A stretch of 64,000 nt of DNA. Origin: a bacterium UBP16_UBA6123. GTDB lineage: Bacteria; Muiribacteriota; UBA9980. Both the position numbers and the translations under genes were made by a program. Every line of letters begins with the position of its first letter. Within the stretch, counting starts at the first letter, position 1. The stretch lies in NCBI GenBank assembly GCA_002423385.1, contig DIVV01000135.1:8019-72018 (forward strand), read 5' to 3'. The notes beneath the pieces were generated by a model. The model saw nothing but the letters and a program-made list of their open reading frames with translations, was not told the origin of the DNA and did not search any database. Of this stretch, positions 19,065-27,390 are shown in pieces.

Positions 19065-19124
19065 ATGGCAAATTACTTTAATATTCTATCTGTGTTATTC
19101 TTCGCGGCTCTTCTTTTTTCTTGA
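19065..19124 (+). CDS. Candidate 19-aa hydrophobic micro-ORF (MANYFNILSVLFFAALLFS)
   Basis: ATG at 19065 preceded by GGGAGG with 5-nt spacing; ends at TGA 19122-19124; no homology assessable. Confidence 0.15.
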   Translation: MANYFNILSVLFFAALLFS

Positions 19125-19331
19125 TCCTTCATGGCAGAACATGCCGTCCTTCGAGGCAGGCGAAAAATACGGCTGCACCATCGATCGCCGCTGCAACCTC
19201 TTGAAACACTCGCTGGATAACAAAGGAAAATTTACTCCTGAAACAATGATGAAACTTTTCGACACCACCATACCGGAAGGCGGGCCGACTTTTCCCGATA
19301 CAGGCGCCATAAGGACGCTTTATCAGCTATT

Positions 19332-20504
19332 TTATTTTATCGTTTGCGATGCGGCCACGGGACTGTTGATCTCGCCCGGCAGAAGAATTTCCGCGATATC
19401 AGCCAGCGCCCTGTCAGGCGCTGATTTCGCGTTCTCAGGATCGAGGGTGAACATTATTATGATCGAAGTTTTTGTCCCGGGGTGATAAAACATGTCGAGG
19501 TTATAGCCGCTGATGCCGCCGGTATGACCAAGAAAAGAGCCTTTGGCGATGATGCCGAGCCCGTATCCGGCGGCCGGGCTTTTCTCTTTGACGACGAATT
19601 TCAGGCGTTCTTCCTGCATGTTTTTCGAAAGAAGTTTTCCTTCAGCCAGCGCTTCATTCCATTTTTTCAAGTCCTGCAAAGTGGATATTATCGCGCCGGC
19701 GGCGTTAGGGCCGGAAGGATCGAGCAGCGAAACGTCGACGGAGTCGTGGTAGCCGTGATAAAAATTACCGGAGATCTCGGGCGTGGTCGCGTAGTATGTG
19801 CTGATCATGCCGAGAGGGGCGCATATCTTTTCCTGCAAAAATTCGTCATATTTTTTGCCCGAAAGTTTTTCGATGAGCATCCCCATTATCATGTAGTTGG
19901 TGTTTGAATAATTGAACCCCTGCCCCGGCTCGCAGTAAGGTTCGTGATCCGCCACCAGCGCCAATAGATCATTGTATGTCCATTTTTTGAGCGGGTCGGT
20001 AATCGCCAGGTCGTGAAATTCTTTTATTCCGGTATAACTGTAAATTCCGCTGGTATGGTTGATGAGTTGTCTGATGGTTATTTTGTCGGCATTTTTAACG
20101 TTCGGATAAAATTTGCCGAGTTTATCTTCAAGCCCTATTTTTTTATCCTCGACGAGTTTAAGCAGCAGCGTAGCCGTGAAAGTCTTTGTAAGGCTCGCGA
20201 TGCGGAACCTGTCGGTTGCCATGGCGGCTGTTCCCGTCTTTACATCCGATTTTCCTCTGAGGATGACCTGCTCGCCGCCCGGAGTATAAATTCCGACAAG
20301 CGCCGCAGGTGTTTTGACTTCGTCAACGTATTTATCTATGACTGTTTCAATCTTTTTTTTGTTTTCATCGGTTAAAAGCTGCGCGCCGGGGACTCCATCA
20401 TTTGCCTGGGAATAAACGCACGAATTCAGCAATATCACCAGAGAAAATATAGCCGCCGGAAGAATTAAAAATCCTGGTATAGTTTTCAAGACAGGCCTCC
20501 ACAC
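19332..20504 (-). CDS. Serine hydrolase of beta-lactamase / penicillin-binding-protein family, secreted
   Basis: SxxK (ASLTKTF), YxN (YSNTNY) and HTG (GHTGG) motifs; N-terminal signal peptide. Confidence 0.7.
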   Translation of the reverse strand: MWRPVLKTIPGFLILPAAIFSLVILLNSCVYSQANDGVPGAQLLTDENKKKIETVIDKYVDEVKTPAALVGIYTPGGEQVILRGKSDVKTGTAAMATDRFRIASLTKTFTATLLLKLVEDKKIGLEDKLGKFYPNVKNADKITIRQLINHTSGIYSYTGIKEFHDLAITDPLKKWTYNDLLALVADHEPYCEPGQGFNYSNTNYMIMGMLIEKLSGKKYDEFLQEKICAPLGMISTYYATTPEISGNFYHGYHDSVDVSLLDPSGPNAAGAIISTLQDLKKWNEALAEGKLLSKNMQEERLKFVVKEKSPAAGYGLGIIAKGSFLGHTGGISGYNLDMFYHPGTKTSIIIMFTLDPENAKSAPDRALADIAEILLPGEINSPVAASQTIK

Positions 20505-20558
20505 TTTTAAAATTAGCGATGGCCAGTAAAGAAACCAGCCCGCGTATATTTTGAAAAT

Positions 20559-22418
20559 TTACTTTACCTTGATCGGTAAATAAGGATCGCCGAGAAGGTT
20601 GAGTTCAAAAAATACCCAGCGCGTCGTTCCATGGCCCATAAATTTAATGTTGGCTTCTTTGGACGCTTGATTAGCTTCGCCCAGACGGTTTTTACCCGCG
20701 GAAAAAAGCGTGTTGGTGAACTGGCGGTGAAAGTACTGAGAAGCGCCGCGGCACGAAACCGATGCGTCCGGGTCTGGATCTTCCGGGCCGAGGCCGTAAG
20801 ACGAGTTGCCGATAACCGCGTAAGCGCCGGCGGGTGAGGTTACATGAGCGGAGAGTATGCAGTTTCGGTCGGTGAATCGCCCGCAGTAGCAGCCCTGAGT
20901 ATAAAGCAGGTAGTAGGAAGCGTTGGTAAGCCGGCCTATGCTCGACGAGCTAAGGCGCATACTGCTGGTAACGCTGGAATGGCCGATATGGTTGAGTATG
21001 TAAATTCCTTTGTTTATGGCGTTTATTATGTCGGTTGAAGACCATCTTTTATCCTGATCGAAAAGGTAGGTGCGCGGATAGCCGGCAGGATAGCCGACTG
21101 TCGTGAAACCGTGTGCAGGGGAGCCATTTTCGATTTCTTTCATATACGATTTTCCCCAGATGCCTGGAAATAAGTTTTCACCGCAGAAAAATGCGCCTTT
21201 GCTTTCGCTTTCGAAGTATGCGTAAGCGGCGATATTTTTTTTCAGGAAATTAGCTAAGGCCGCGGTGGTTTCGGCCGGCACCCTTCCTATGAAGAGTTCT
21301 GAGAACATATCGATATCCGAGCCGCCGGGGCCGTCGTTAATATCGCCGTATATGTCGTCTTTATTTTCATCGAAGGAGCCGTCGAGATTGCAGTAATAAA
21401 TATCGCCGGGAAGAAGCTGGTCGAAAGAGTCTTTTTCCCATTTAAACGCCGCGTGAAGTTTCCTGGTAGGAATTACGGGTTTGGCATCGAGGCTGCCGCC
21501 CGCTAAAAGAACGAATTTAACGCCGCTTTCGTTGTAACGCTTTCTGAGGTAACTTCTCAACTTATCCGCGTCATCGCGGCCGGTTTCGGAGGCGAGTATG
21601 TCTTCGATAAGCGCGATATCCGTTTTTAATCCTTTGCCGTTTAAAAACTTCATGAATTTATCAAAATTATACTCCTCGCCCGAAGCGGCAAGCTCTTTAG
21701 AAGTGACGATAAGGTAATCGCAGGCGCCGTTTTTATTTATTTTAAGCGCTTTATAGCCGTATATCGCTTCAGGATTATCTACTAAAGATTTAACGTATTC
21801 GCGGTCGCTTTGAATATCGCGGACAATTGCCTTATCGGCGCTTTTTTTAGAGGGTTTGAGATCGTATGTGAGAATGGCTCTGGTGTAGTAAAATATCTTG
21901 CGCGATTCGGCCTGATATGAAACGGGATTGATGTTTAAAACTAATATTTTATAGCCGCGCGCATTCTGCATGGACAAATTCGACATAACGCTGGCTGGAT
22001 ACACTCCGCTGTATTTATATTCAAATATCGGCGATCGGCCGCCGTTTAGTAAAACTTCGCGTTTTCTTTTTTCGATCGCCTGCTTTTCGAATGAAAGCGG
22101 TATGTTATGCGCAACCGGTTTTAAAAAATATTTGCCCTTTACCTCGGTCAGGTTAAAAGGCGTAATTTTTACGTTTACGGCTTCAAAACCCTGTGGAAGA
22201 ACGATAGATACCGGTCTGAAAGGAAGCGCGGGCATTCCGGGCTCGATTGAAAGCGGCAGATCGCCGTGTGAAATTTCGTAATAATTACCCGATTTAACCA
22301 GCTTCGGCGCGTTAAAATTATAAACGGCTTCTCCGGCAAACGCCGGAGCGTGACTGACGAAGATAAACGCGGCAATGACAGCTAATGTCGTAGTGAACGA
22401 TAAAATGGATTTTTTCAT
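20559..22418 (-). CDS. Secreted cysteine peptidase, C25 (gingipain)-like family
   Basis: Signal peptide, long pro-region, then ACDYLIVT..., catalytic-dyad-like NHIGHSS and TQGCYCG spacing as in gingipain/clostripain-type peptidases. Confidence 0.5.
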   Translation of the reverse strand: MKKSILSFTTTLAVIAAFIFVSHAPAFAGEAVYNFNAPKLVKSGNYYEISHGDLPLSIEPGMPALPFRPVSIVLPQGFEAVNVKITPFNLTEVKGKYFLKPVAHNIPLSFEKQAIEKRKREVLLNGGRSPIFEYKYSGVYPASVMSNLSMQNARGYKILVLNINPVSYQAESRKIFYYTRAILTYDLKPSKKSADKAIVRDIQSDREYVKSLVDNPEAIYGYKALKINKNGACDYLIVTSKELAASGEEYNFDKFMKFLNGKGLKTDIALIEDILASETGRDDADKLRSYLRKRYNESGVKFVLLAGGSLDAKPVIPTRKLHAAFKWEKDSFDQLLPGDIYYCNLDGSFDENKDDIYGDINDGPGGSDIDMFSELFIGRVPAETTAALANFLKKNIAAYAYFESESKGAFFCGENLFPGIWGKSYMKEIENGSPAHGFTTVGYPAGYPRTYLFDQDKRWSSTDIINAINKGIYILNHIGHSSVTSSMRLSSSSIGRLTNASYYLLYTQGCYCGRFTDRNCILSAHVTSPAGAYAVIGNSSYGLGPEDPDPDASVSCRGASQYFHRQFTNTLFSAGKNRLGEANQASKEANIKFMGHGTTRWVFFELNLLGDPYLPIKVK

Positions 22419-22543
22419 ACTATACCCCTTTTTAATTTTATTTATAAACTATTTTGTTATTTTTTTAAAAAGTACAGGTTGTTGTTCGTTAGTGTTATTA
22501 ATAATTTTTGCGCTGATTTCAACTGGCGAAAAGCAGGTTTCTA

Positions 22544-22825
22544 CTAAAATTTATTATTAAGCAGCCATCCCCAATTTATGGTGCCCAGATTATAAACGCC
22601 GCCGGTAACTTTTTCGAGTTCTTCATCGGAAAGTTCGGCGCAGGTGCTCGCAAGGTCTTCCTTAGAAAAAATGAATCCGGCGGTTCTTGCAAACTCGACT
22701 ATTTTGTCGGGCAGCGGCTCTTTCGCTCCGCTCTGGTGCGACTGCATAAATTCCGTGAATCTTTTTTTCATATCTTCGACTTTTTCTATTTTTTCAAACA
22801 TAAGCTTAACGTTTTCTTCGCTCAT
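22544..22825 (-). CDS. Nif11-like leader peptide RiPP/bacteriocin precursor with double-glycine cleavage site; predicted 17-aa core VYNLGTINWGWLLNNKF
   Basis: 93 aa; leader resembles the N11P family (MSEE..., ...FARTAGF.FSKEDL..., signature ELSDEELEKVTGG immediately before core); AGGAGG RBS 7 nt upstream. Confidence 0.6.
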   Translation of the reverse strand: MSEENVKLMFEKIEKVEDMKKRFTEFMQSHQSGAKEPLPDKIVEFARTAGFIFSKEDLASTCAELSDEELEKVTGGVYNLGTINWGWLLNNKF

Positions 22826-22933
22826 CGTTAACCTCCTGTATAAAAACCGTAATCACAATTATATGGATGTAATAGTTTGTGCAAAAAATAATTACAGAAC
22901 AATTATACTATATTTTGCAAAATTAATCAATTT

Positions 22934-22986
22934 TCTAAAGAGTATTCTAAAGAGTATTTGACAAACGGTTAAAATTATTATAGAAT
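22934..22986 (+). promoter_or_regulatory. Perfect 12-bp tandem direct repeat (tctaaagagtat x2) abutting a sigma-70-like promoter TTGACA-17-TAGAAT
   Basis: Repeats at 22934-22945 and 22946-22957; TTGACA 22958-22963; TAGAAT 22981-22986; oriented toward the PD40 gene. Confidence 0.35.
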
Positions 22987-23042
22987 AACCGGCGGATCAA
23001 CTTGCATAGTTTATATGAACACGCTCGAATTTATTTTGAAAT

Positions 23043-23083
23043 AGCGGTTAAAAATATTTAAAATGTTAATATTTTTAACCGCT
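23043..23083. promoter_or_regulatory. Perfect 16-bp inverted repeat with 9-nt spacer (operator-like palindrome or leader hairpin)
   Basis: agcggttaaaaatatt (23043-23058) ... aatatttttaaccgct (23068-23083), exact reverse complements; lies in divergent intergenic region, downstream of the putative promoter at 22958. Confidence 0.45.
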
Positions 23084-23251
23084 TATCGAAATGAAGGTTC
23101 GGGTTTTTTATTTTTCGATGATAATTTCGTGCAGGGTGCGTGCTTATGTATGCGCCCCGTTAATGTTTGCGATCGTCTCGGCTGAAACACACTGGTATGC
23201 CCCCTGTATATAAAAATGAAAATAAAAAAAAATTAAATTTGAGGTGTTGTC

Positions 23252-24727
23252 GTGATAAAAATTAAAAAATCAAAAAGTTTATTTTCCAAATTGCTTGCAG
23301 TTGTTATATTTCTTGTGACACTGCTTTCTTTTTCATACGCCGGGGCGGCCCAGCAGATGATTTTAAAACCCGGGTTCAATTTTATCAGTTTTACGCAAGC
23401 CGTTACGCTTTTACCGGCGGATTTTAAATCTTTAAACATCGCGATAGAAGATATTTATTTATACAGCGCGGCTGCTGGAAGTTTTTTAAGCGTATCGGAT
23501 GGTACGCTCGTTTCTCTGGGAGCCGGCAAGGGTTATATAATTAAAAATTCTTCCGCGCTGGATGTTACAATAAACGTTGATGGCGCAGCGCTTTCAACGA
23601 TAGGAAATATTTCGCTGAAATCCGGCTTTAATCTCGCCGGTTTTTCAAAAATGCCAGAAACCGTTACATTCAGCCAATTAATGACGCGTCAGCCGAAAAT
23701 AAAGGGAATGTATAAGTGGAGCGCAGCCGCAGGCACTTTTATTCAGGTAGTAAGAAACGCCTCGGGTATCATCGAAAAATTAGATACGGTAGATCCGGTT
23801 ATGAAAGCCTCTGAATCTTATTTTATCAACATGACTGAAGAACTTCCGCTTAATTATGACGGTGCATCGGTTGTAGTCGGAACTCCGCCGGCCGAAGCGG
23901 TAATCGCTTTCGTTTCAAACAGGAATGGAAGAAATGAAATATTTACGATGAGCGCAAGCGGCGCGGCGCAGACAAAAATTTCAAATCATCAGACCGCCGT
24001 TCATAGTCCCGCGATTTCGCCCGACGGCTCTAAAGTGGCTTACGTGCTCGAATCGAGCGCGGGCGTTTATGATATTTATGTAATGAATATTGACGGTTCG
24101 AATGTAAAACAGCTTACCACAGACGGTTTGAGCAGTTGGCCGGCATGGTCGGCCGACGGAACGAAATTTGCGTTTTCAAAGTCGATGGCCGAAGTCTGGA
24201 CTATGAATTCCGATGGTTCGGCCCAGAATAAAATAAATATAACGCTTTCCGGAAGCATGGACCGTTTAGGCCAGCCGTGCTGGTCGCCTGATGGCACAAA
24301 AATTCTGGTGACGGGCTTTTATCCTACTAGTTCAAATATTTATTATATAAATGTCGCTTCCTCGACTTTACATCAATTATCGTACAATGTTGGAATGAAT
24401 ATGGGACCGGCTTTCTCGCCCGACGGCACAAAAATCGTTTTCGGCTGCAACCGCAGCGTCGAAATGGGCAGCGTATATACTATTTACGTAATGGACGCAA
24501 ACGGTTTGAGCCAGCAGGAACTTAGCTCGGGCAGCATAGATTCTTTTTCGGCTAAATATTCATGGTCGCCCGACGGCTCGAAGATCGTCTTCGCTGAAAG
24601 CCGCGCTGGTGACAGCAATTACACTCAGGTGTATATTATGAATTCGGACGGCTCCGCTCAGACGCGTCTCACCGATCCGGCCAATAAAGATAATATAACG
24701 CCTTCTTTCGCGGCGCCTTCGCGCTAA
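23252..24727 (+). CDS. Secreted TolB-like beta-propeller protein (PD40 repeats)
   Basis: GTG start with GAGGTG RBS; signal peptide; five or more SPDG(S/T)K(I/V)xF-type PD40 repeat signatures. Confidence 0.6.
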   Translation: MIKIKKSKSLFSKLLAVVIFLVTLLSFSYAGAAQQMILKPGFNFISFTQAVTLLPADFKSLNIAIEDIYLYSAAAGSFLSVSDGTLVSLGAGKGYIIKNSSALDVTINVDGAALSTIGNISLKSGFNLAGFSKMPETVTFSQLMTRQPKIKGMYKWSAAAGTFIQVVRNASGIIEKLDTVDPVMKASESYFINMTEELPLNYDGASVVVGTPPAEAVIAFVSNRNGRNEIFTMSASGAAQTKISNHQTAVHSPAISPDGSKVAYVLESSAGVYDIYVMNIDGSNVKQLTTDGLSSWPAWSADGTKFAFSKSMAEVWTMNSDGSAQNKINITLSGSMDRLGQPCWSPDGTKILVTGFYPTSSNIYYINVASSTLHQLSYNVGMNMGPAFSPDGTKIVFGCNRSVEMGSVYTIYVMDANGLSQQELSSGSIDSFSAKYSWSPDGSKIVFAESRAGDSNYTQVYIMNSDGSAQTRLTDPANKDNITPSFAAPSR

Positions 24728-24769
24728 ACCGTCTGGCGCGCGTTTTATTTATCAGAACAGAGGTTTTAA

Positions 24770-25438
24770 GTGTTTTTAAATATATCTTATCTTGAATGGC
24801 TCGGCTATTCGGCGTCTTTTATTATAGTGGTATCGCTTTTGATGAGCTCTATTATAAAGCTGCGCTGGGTGAATCTTTCGGGCGCCGCTATGTTCTGCGC
24901 GTACGGTTATTCGATCGGTTCGCTTCCAGTGTGTCTTTCTAACGCCGCAATAGCCGTTATCGATATTTATTATCTTTACAGGATCTATACTGGCAAAGAA
25001 TATTTTCAGGTGCTCGAAATTAAAAAAGGCGATACTTATCTGAAAAGATTTTTGAGCTTTTATAAAAGCGATATAAAATATTACTTTCCAGATTTTAATT
25101 TTAACTGCTGTGAGGATGAAAATACCGTCAGTTTTTATATTTTAAGAAATATGATGACCGCGGGAATATTTATCGGAAAAAAACTTGAAGACGGTTCGCT
25201 GATGGTGATTATGGACTTTGCCGTCCCGGAATACCGCGATTTTAAAATCGGCAGTTATATTTATTGTGAAAATGAAAAATATTTTGCCCATCTTGGATAT
25301 AATAAATTCTGCGCAGAAACTGGAACTTTAAAGCATCAAAGCTACCTTTTAAAGATGGGATTTATTCTTAAAGCCGAAACTGACGGCAAGCGGTTATATG
25401 TAAAGCCGATTAAAAATATCGATATATTTCAGGCATGA
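24770..25438 (+). CDS. Membrane protein with YgjV-like N-terminal TM region and GNAT-acetyltransferase-like C-terminal domain, tentative
   Basis: Two or three N-terminal TM helices; C-terminal MVIMDFAVPEYRDFKIGSYI...YLLKMGF resembles GNAT motif A. Confidence 0.3.
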   Translation: MFLNISYLEWLGYSASFIIVVSLLMSSIIKLRWVNLSGAAMFCAYGYSIGSLPVCLSNAAIAVIDIYYLYRIYTGKEYFQVLEIKKGDTYLKRFLSFYKSDIKYYFPDFNFNCCEDENTVSFYILRNMMTAGIFIGKKLEDGSLMVIMDFAVPEYRDFKIGSYIYCENEKYFAHLGYNKFCAETGTLKHQSYLLKMGFILKAETDGKRLYVKPIKNIDIFQA

Positions 25439-25642
25439 TATTTATCTTCCGGCGACGTAAATAACGGGTTCGTCTCAGTCTTTGATAAACTTCATATAAA
25501 TATTATTTAAATATTATTATAATCAGCCAATCAAGTTGTATCGCAAACAAATATATTCGTGGAAAAATAAATAATAAAAAACAAGTGTATTTTTATCGGC
25601 TATGTGATATAATAATTTTTTAAAAAAATAAAGGATTGATAA

Positions 25643-27160
25643 ATGAGTTATCAAATTGAAAAAGACGGGCTCGTCGAATTGATTGACGATTCCGGCGACA
25701 ATATAAGAAATAATTCCTTATACAGCGAAGATCTAAAACCGGTAAGCATAGCCGAACGCACATGGAGCAGAAGACATATAGCTTCGCTGTGGGCCGGAAT
25801 GAGTATATGTATTCCCACATATACTCTTTCATCGGGGCTTATCACCAGCGGAATGAACTGGCGCGAGGCCGTTTTTACGATATTTCTCGGAAATATAATA
25901 GTTTTGATACCGATGATTTTAATTGCGGCAGCCGGCACTAAATATGGAATATCGTATCCGGTTTTCTGCCGGGCGTCTTTCGGAAAAAAAGGCGCTCATC
26001 TGCCCCTGCTTTTACGCGCCGGCGTCGCCTGCGGCTGGTTCGGAATCAACTGCTGGATTGGCGGAGAATTCATGTATATCGCTTTCGCCGGTTTTTTTCC
26101 GTCTTTACTATTATACCCGAAAGCTAAATTTATAATATTTTTATTGTTTTTAATGTCTAATCTTGCTATCGCCTACAGGGGACACGAAGCCGTCAAGGCC
26201 ATCGAAATATATTGCGTGCCGATCTTAGTGGCTATAGGCGTATCAATAGCTACCTGGGCGATTTATCAGGCCGGCTCGCTTTCGGCGCTGCTTGAAGCCG
26301 GCGACAGGATCGATCTCGGCCGCCCGGTCGCGGCAAGGCCTTTTAAAGAACTTTTTCTGCCTTCGCTTAACGCGATGATATCTTACTGGGCGCCGCTCGC
26401 GCTTAATATATCCGATTTTACCCGATTCGCCTCCACTCAAAAAGATCAGGCGCTCGGGCAGCTTATCGGCCTTCCGCCGGCAATGGCTTTTTTCTCGATG
26501 GTGGGCGTTTTCGGCACGCTCGGTTCCATAATCGCCTTCAATCAGATGATATGGAATCCCGTCTATACGGTCGTCGCTTTTAAGATGCCGTGGCTGAGCC
26601 TTCTGGGTGGCGTCTTAGTTTTCGTCGCGATTATAACCACTAACATAGCGGCGAACGTGGTCGGGCCGTCTAATATTTTTTCAAATCTCAGCCCTAAAAA
26701 TATTCCTTACAGATACGGCGTTTTAATAACCGGTTTTGTCGGCCTGATAATAATGCCCTGGAAGCTCTATGCCGAGCCGACCGGTTATATTTTCAATTGG
26801 CTTGGAACTTATGGATCGTTTTTAGGGCCGCTTACCGGGCTTTATATAGCCGATTATTACTTTATCAGAAGACAGCATTTAAGCCTCTACGACCTTTATT
26901 CCGATAAATCAAAACTTTATAATTATAGCGGCGGCGTGAATTTTATCGCTTATGTTTCATACGCTTTATCTGTAACGCCGTTTGTTGTCGATCTCTGCTT
27001 TTCCACATTCGGCGGCGGCATCGTAAATAATTCATGGGCCTTCGGCGTTTTGTTTTCATTTACGATATACGGCACGCTTATGAAGTGGTACTATCCAGAT
27101 GTCGTTCCTTCTTCGATTCCGCCGCGGGCGGCCGAAGAAGCCGCAGGGGTGGATGCTTAG
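25643..27160 (+). CDS. NCS1 family nucleobase:cation symporter (cytosine/purine/allantoin/hydantoin permease family)
   Basis: 505 aa, 12-TM profile, N-terminal SLWAGMSICIPTYTLSSG and GINCWIGG regions typical of NCS1. Confidence 0.7.
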   Translation: MSYQIEKDGLVELIDDSGDNIRNNSLYSEDLKPVSIAERTWSRRHIASLWAGMSICIPTYTLSSGLITSGMNWREAVFTIFLGNIIVLIPMILIAAAGTKYGISYPVFCRASFGKKGAHLPLLLRAGVACGWFGINCWIGGEFMYIAFAGFFPSLLLYPKAKFIIFLLFLMSNLAIAYRGHEAVKAIEIYCVPILVAIGVSIATWAIYQAGSLSALLEAGDRIDLGRPVAARPFKELFLPSLNAMISYWAPLALNISDFTRFASTQKDQALGQLIGLPPAMAFFSMVGVFGTLGSIIAFNQMIWNPVYTVVAFKMPWLSLLGGVLVFVAIITTNIAANVVGPSNIFSNLSPKNIPYRYGVLITGFVGLIIMPWKLYAEPTGYIFNWLGTYGSFLGPLTGLYIADYYFIRRQHLSLYDLYSDKSKLYNYSGGVNFIAYVSYALSVTPFVVDLCFSTFGGGIVNNSWAFGVLFSFTIYGTLMKWYYPDVVPSSIPPRAAEEAAGVDA

Positions 27161-27218
27161 CTCGTCTCCGCTGTTTTTAAAATTGAAGAATTTTAGAGTA
27201 ACGCTTTATAGTTATTAA

Positions 27219-27275
27219 AATCTCCTTTTGCATTTGATAAATATTATTTAATTTTATTCAAAGCAAAAGGAGATT
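27219..27275. terminator. Hairpin (13-bp stem, 31-nt loop) between convergent genes, possible bidirectional terminator
   Basis: aatctccttttgc (27219-27231) / gcaaaaggagatt (27263-27275); loop is long and U-tract weak. Confidence 0.3.
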
Positions 27276-27390
27276 AATTATTTTGAGCGTCTAAATGGTT
27301 ATTATTAACCGCCGCCAATCAACATGAAAACTTTAGGAACCCATAAATTCGATCTTTACAGTTATTTTTCTTTCCATGCAATATTCCTTT

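Noticed and set aside
19141-19485. 114-aa plus-strand ORF overlapping the 3' end of the beta-lactamase-family gene in antisense
   Set aside because: More than half lies antisense inside a well-supported CDS, with no recognisable motif. Likely chance ORF.
22419-22543. Terminator between the N11P precursor and the C25 peptidase gene
   Set aside because: No GC-rich hairpin followed by a U-tract found on the minus strand, so co-transcription cannot be excluded. Reported as an open question rather than a feature.
25439-25642. Purine or other riboswitch upstream of the NCS1 permease
   Set aside because: A 200-nt AT-rich leader is present, but I could not recognise purine-riboswitch conserved segments. 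Left uncalled.
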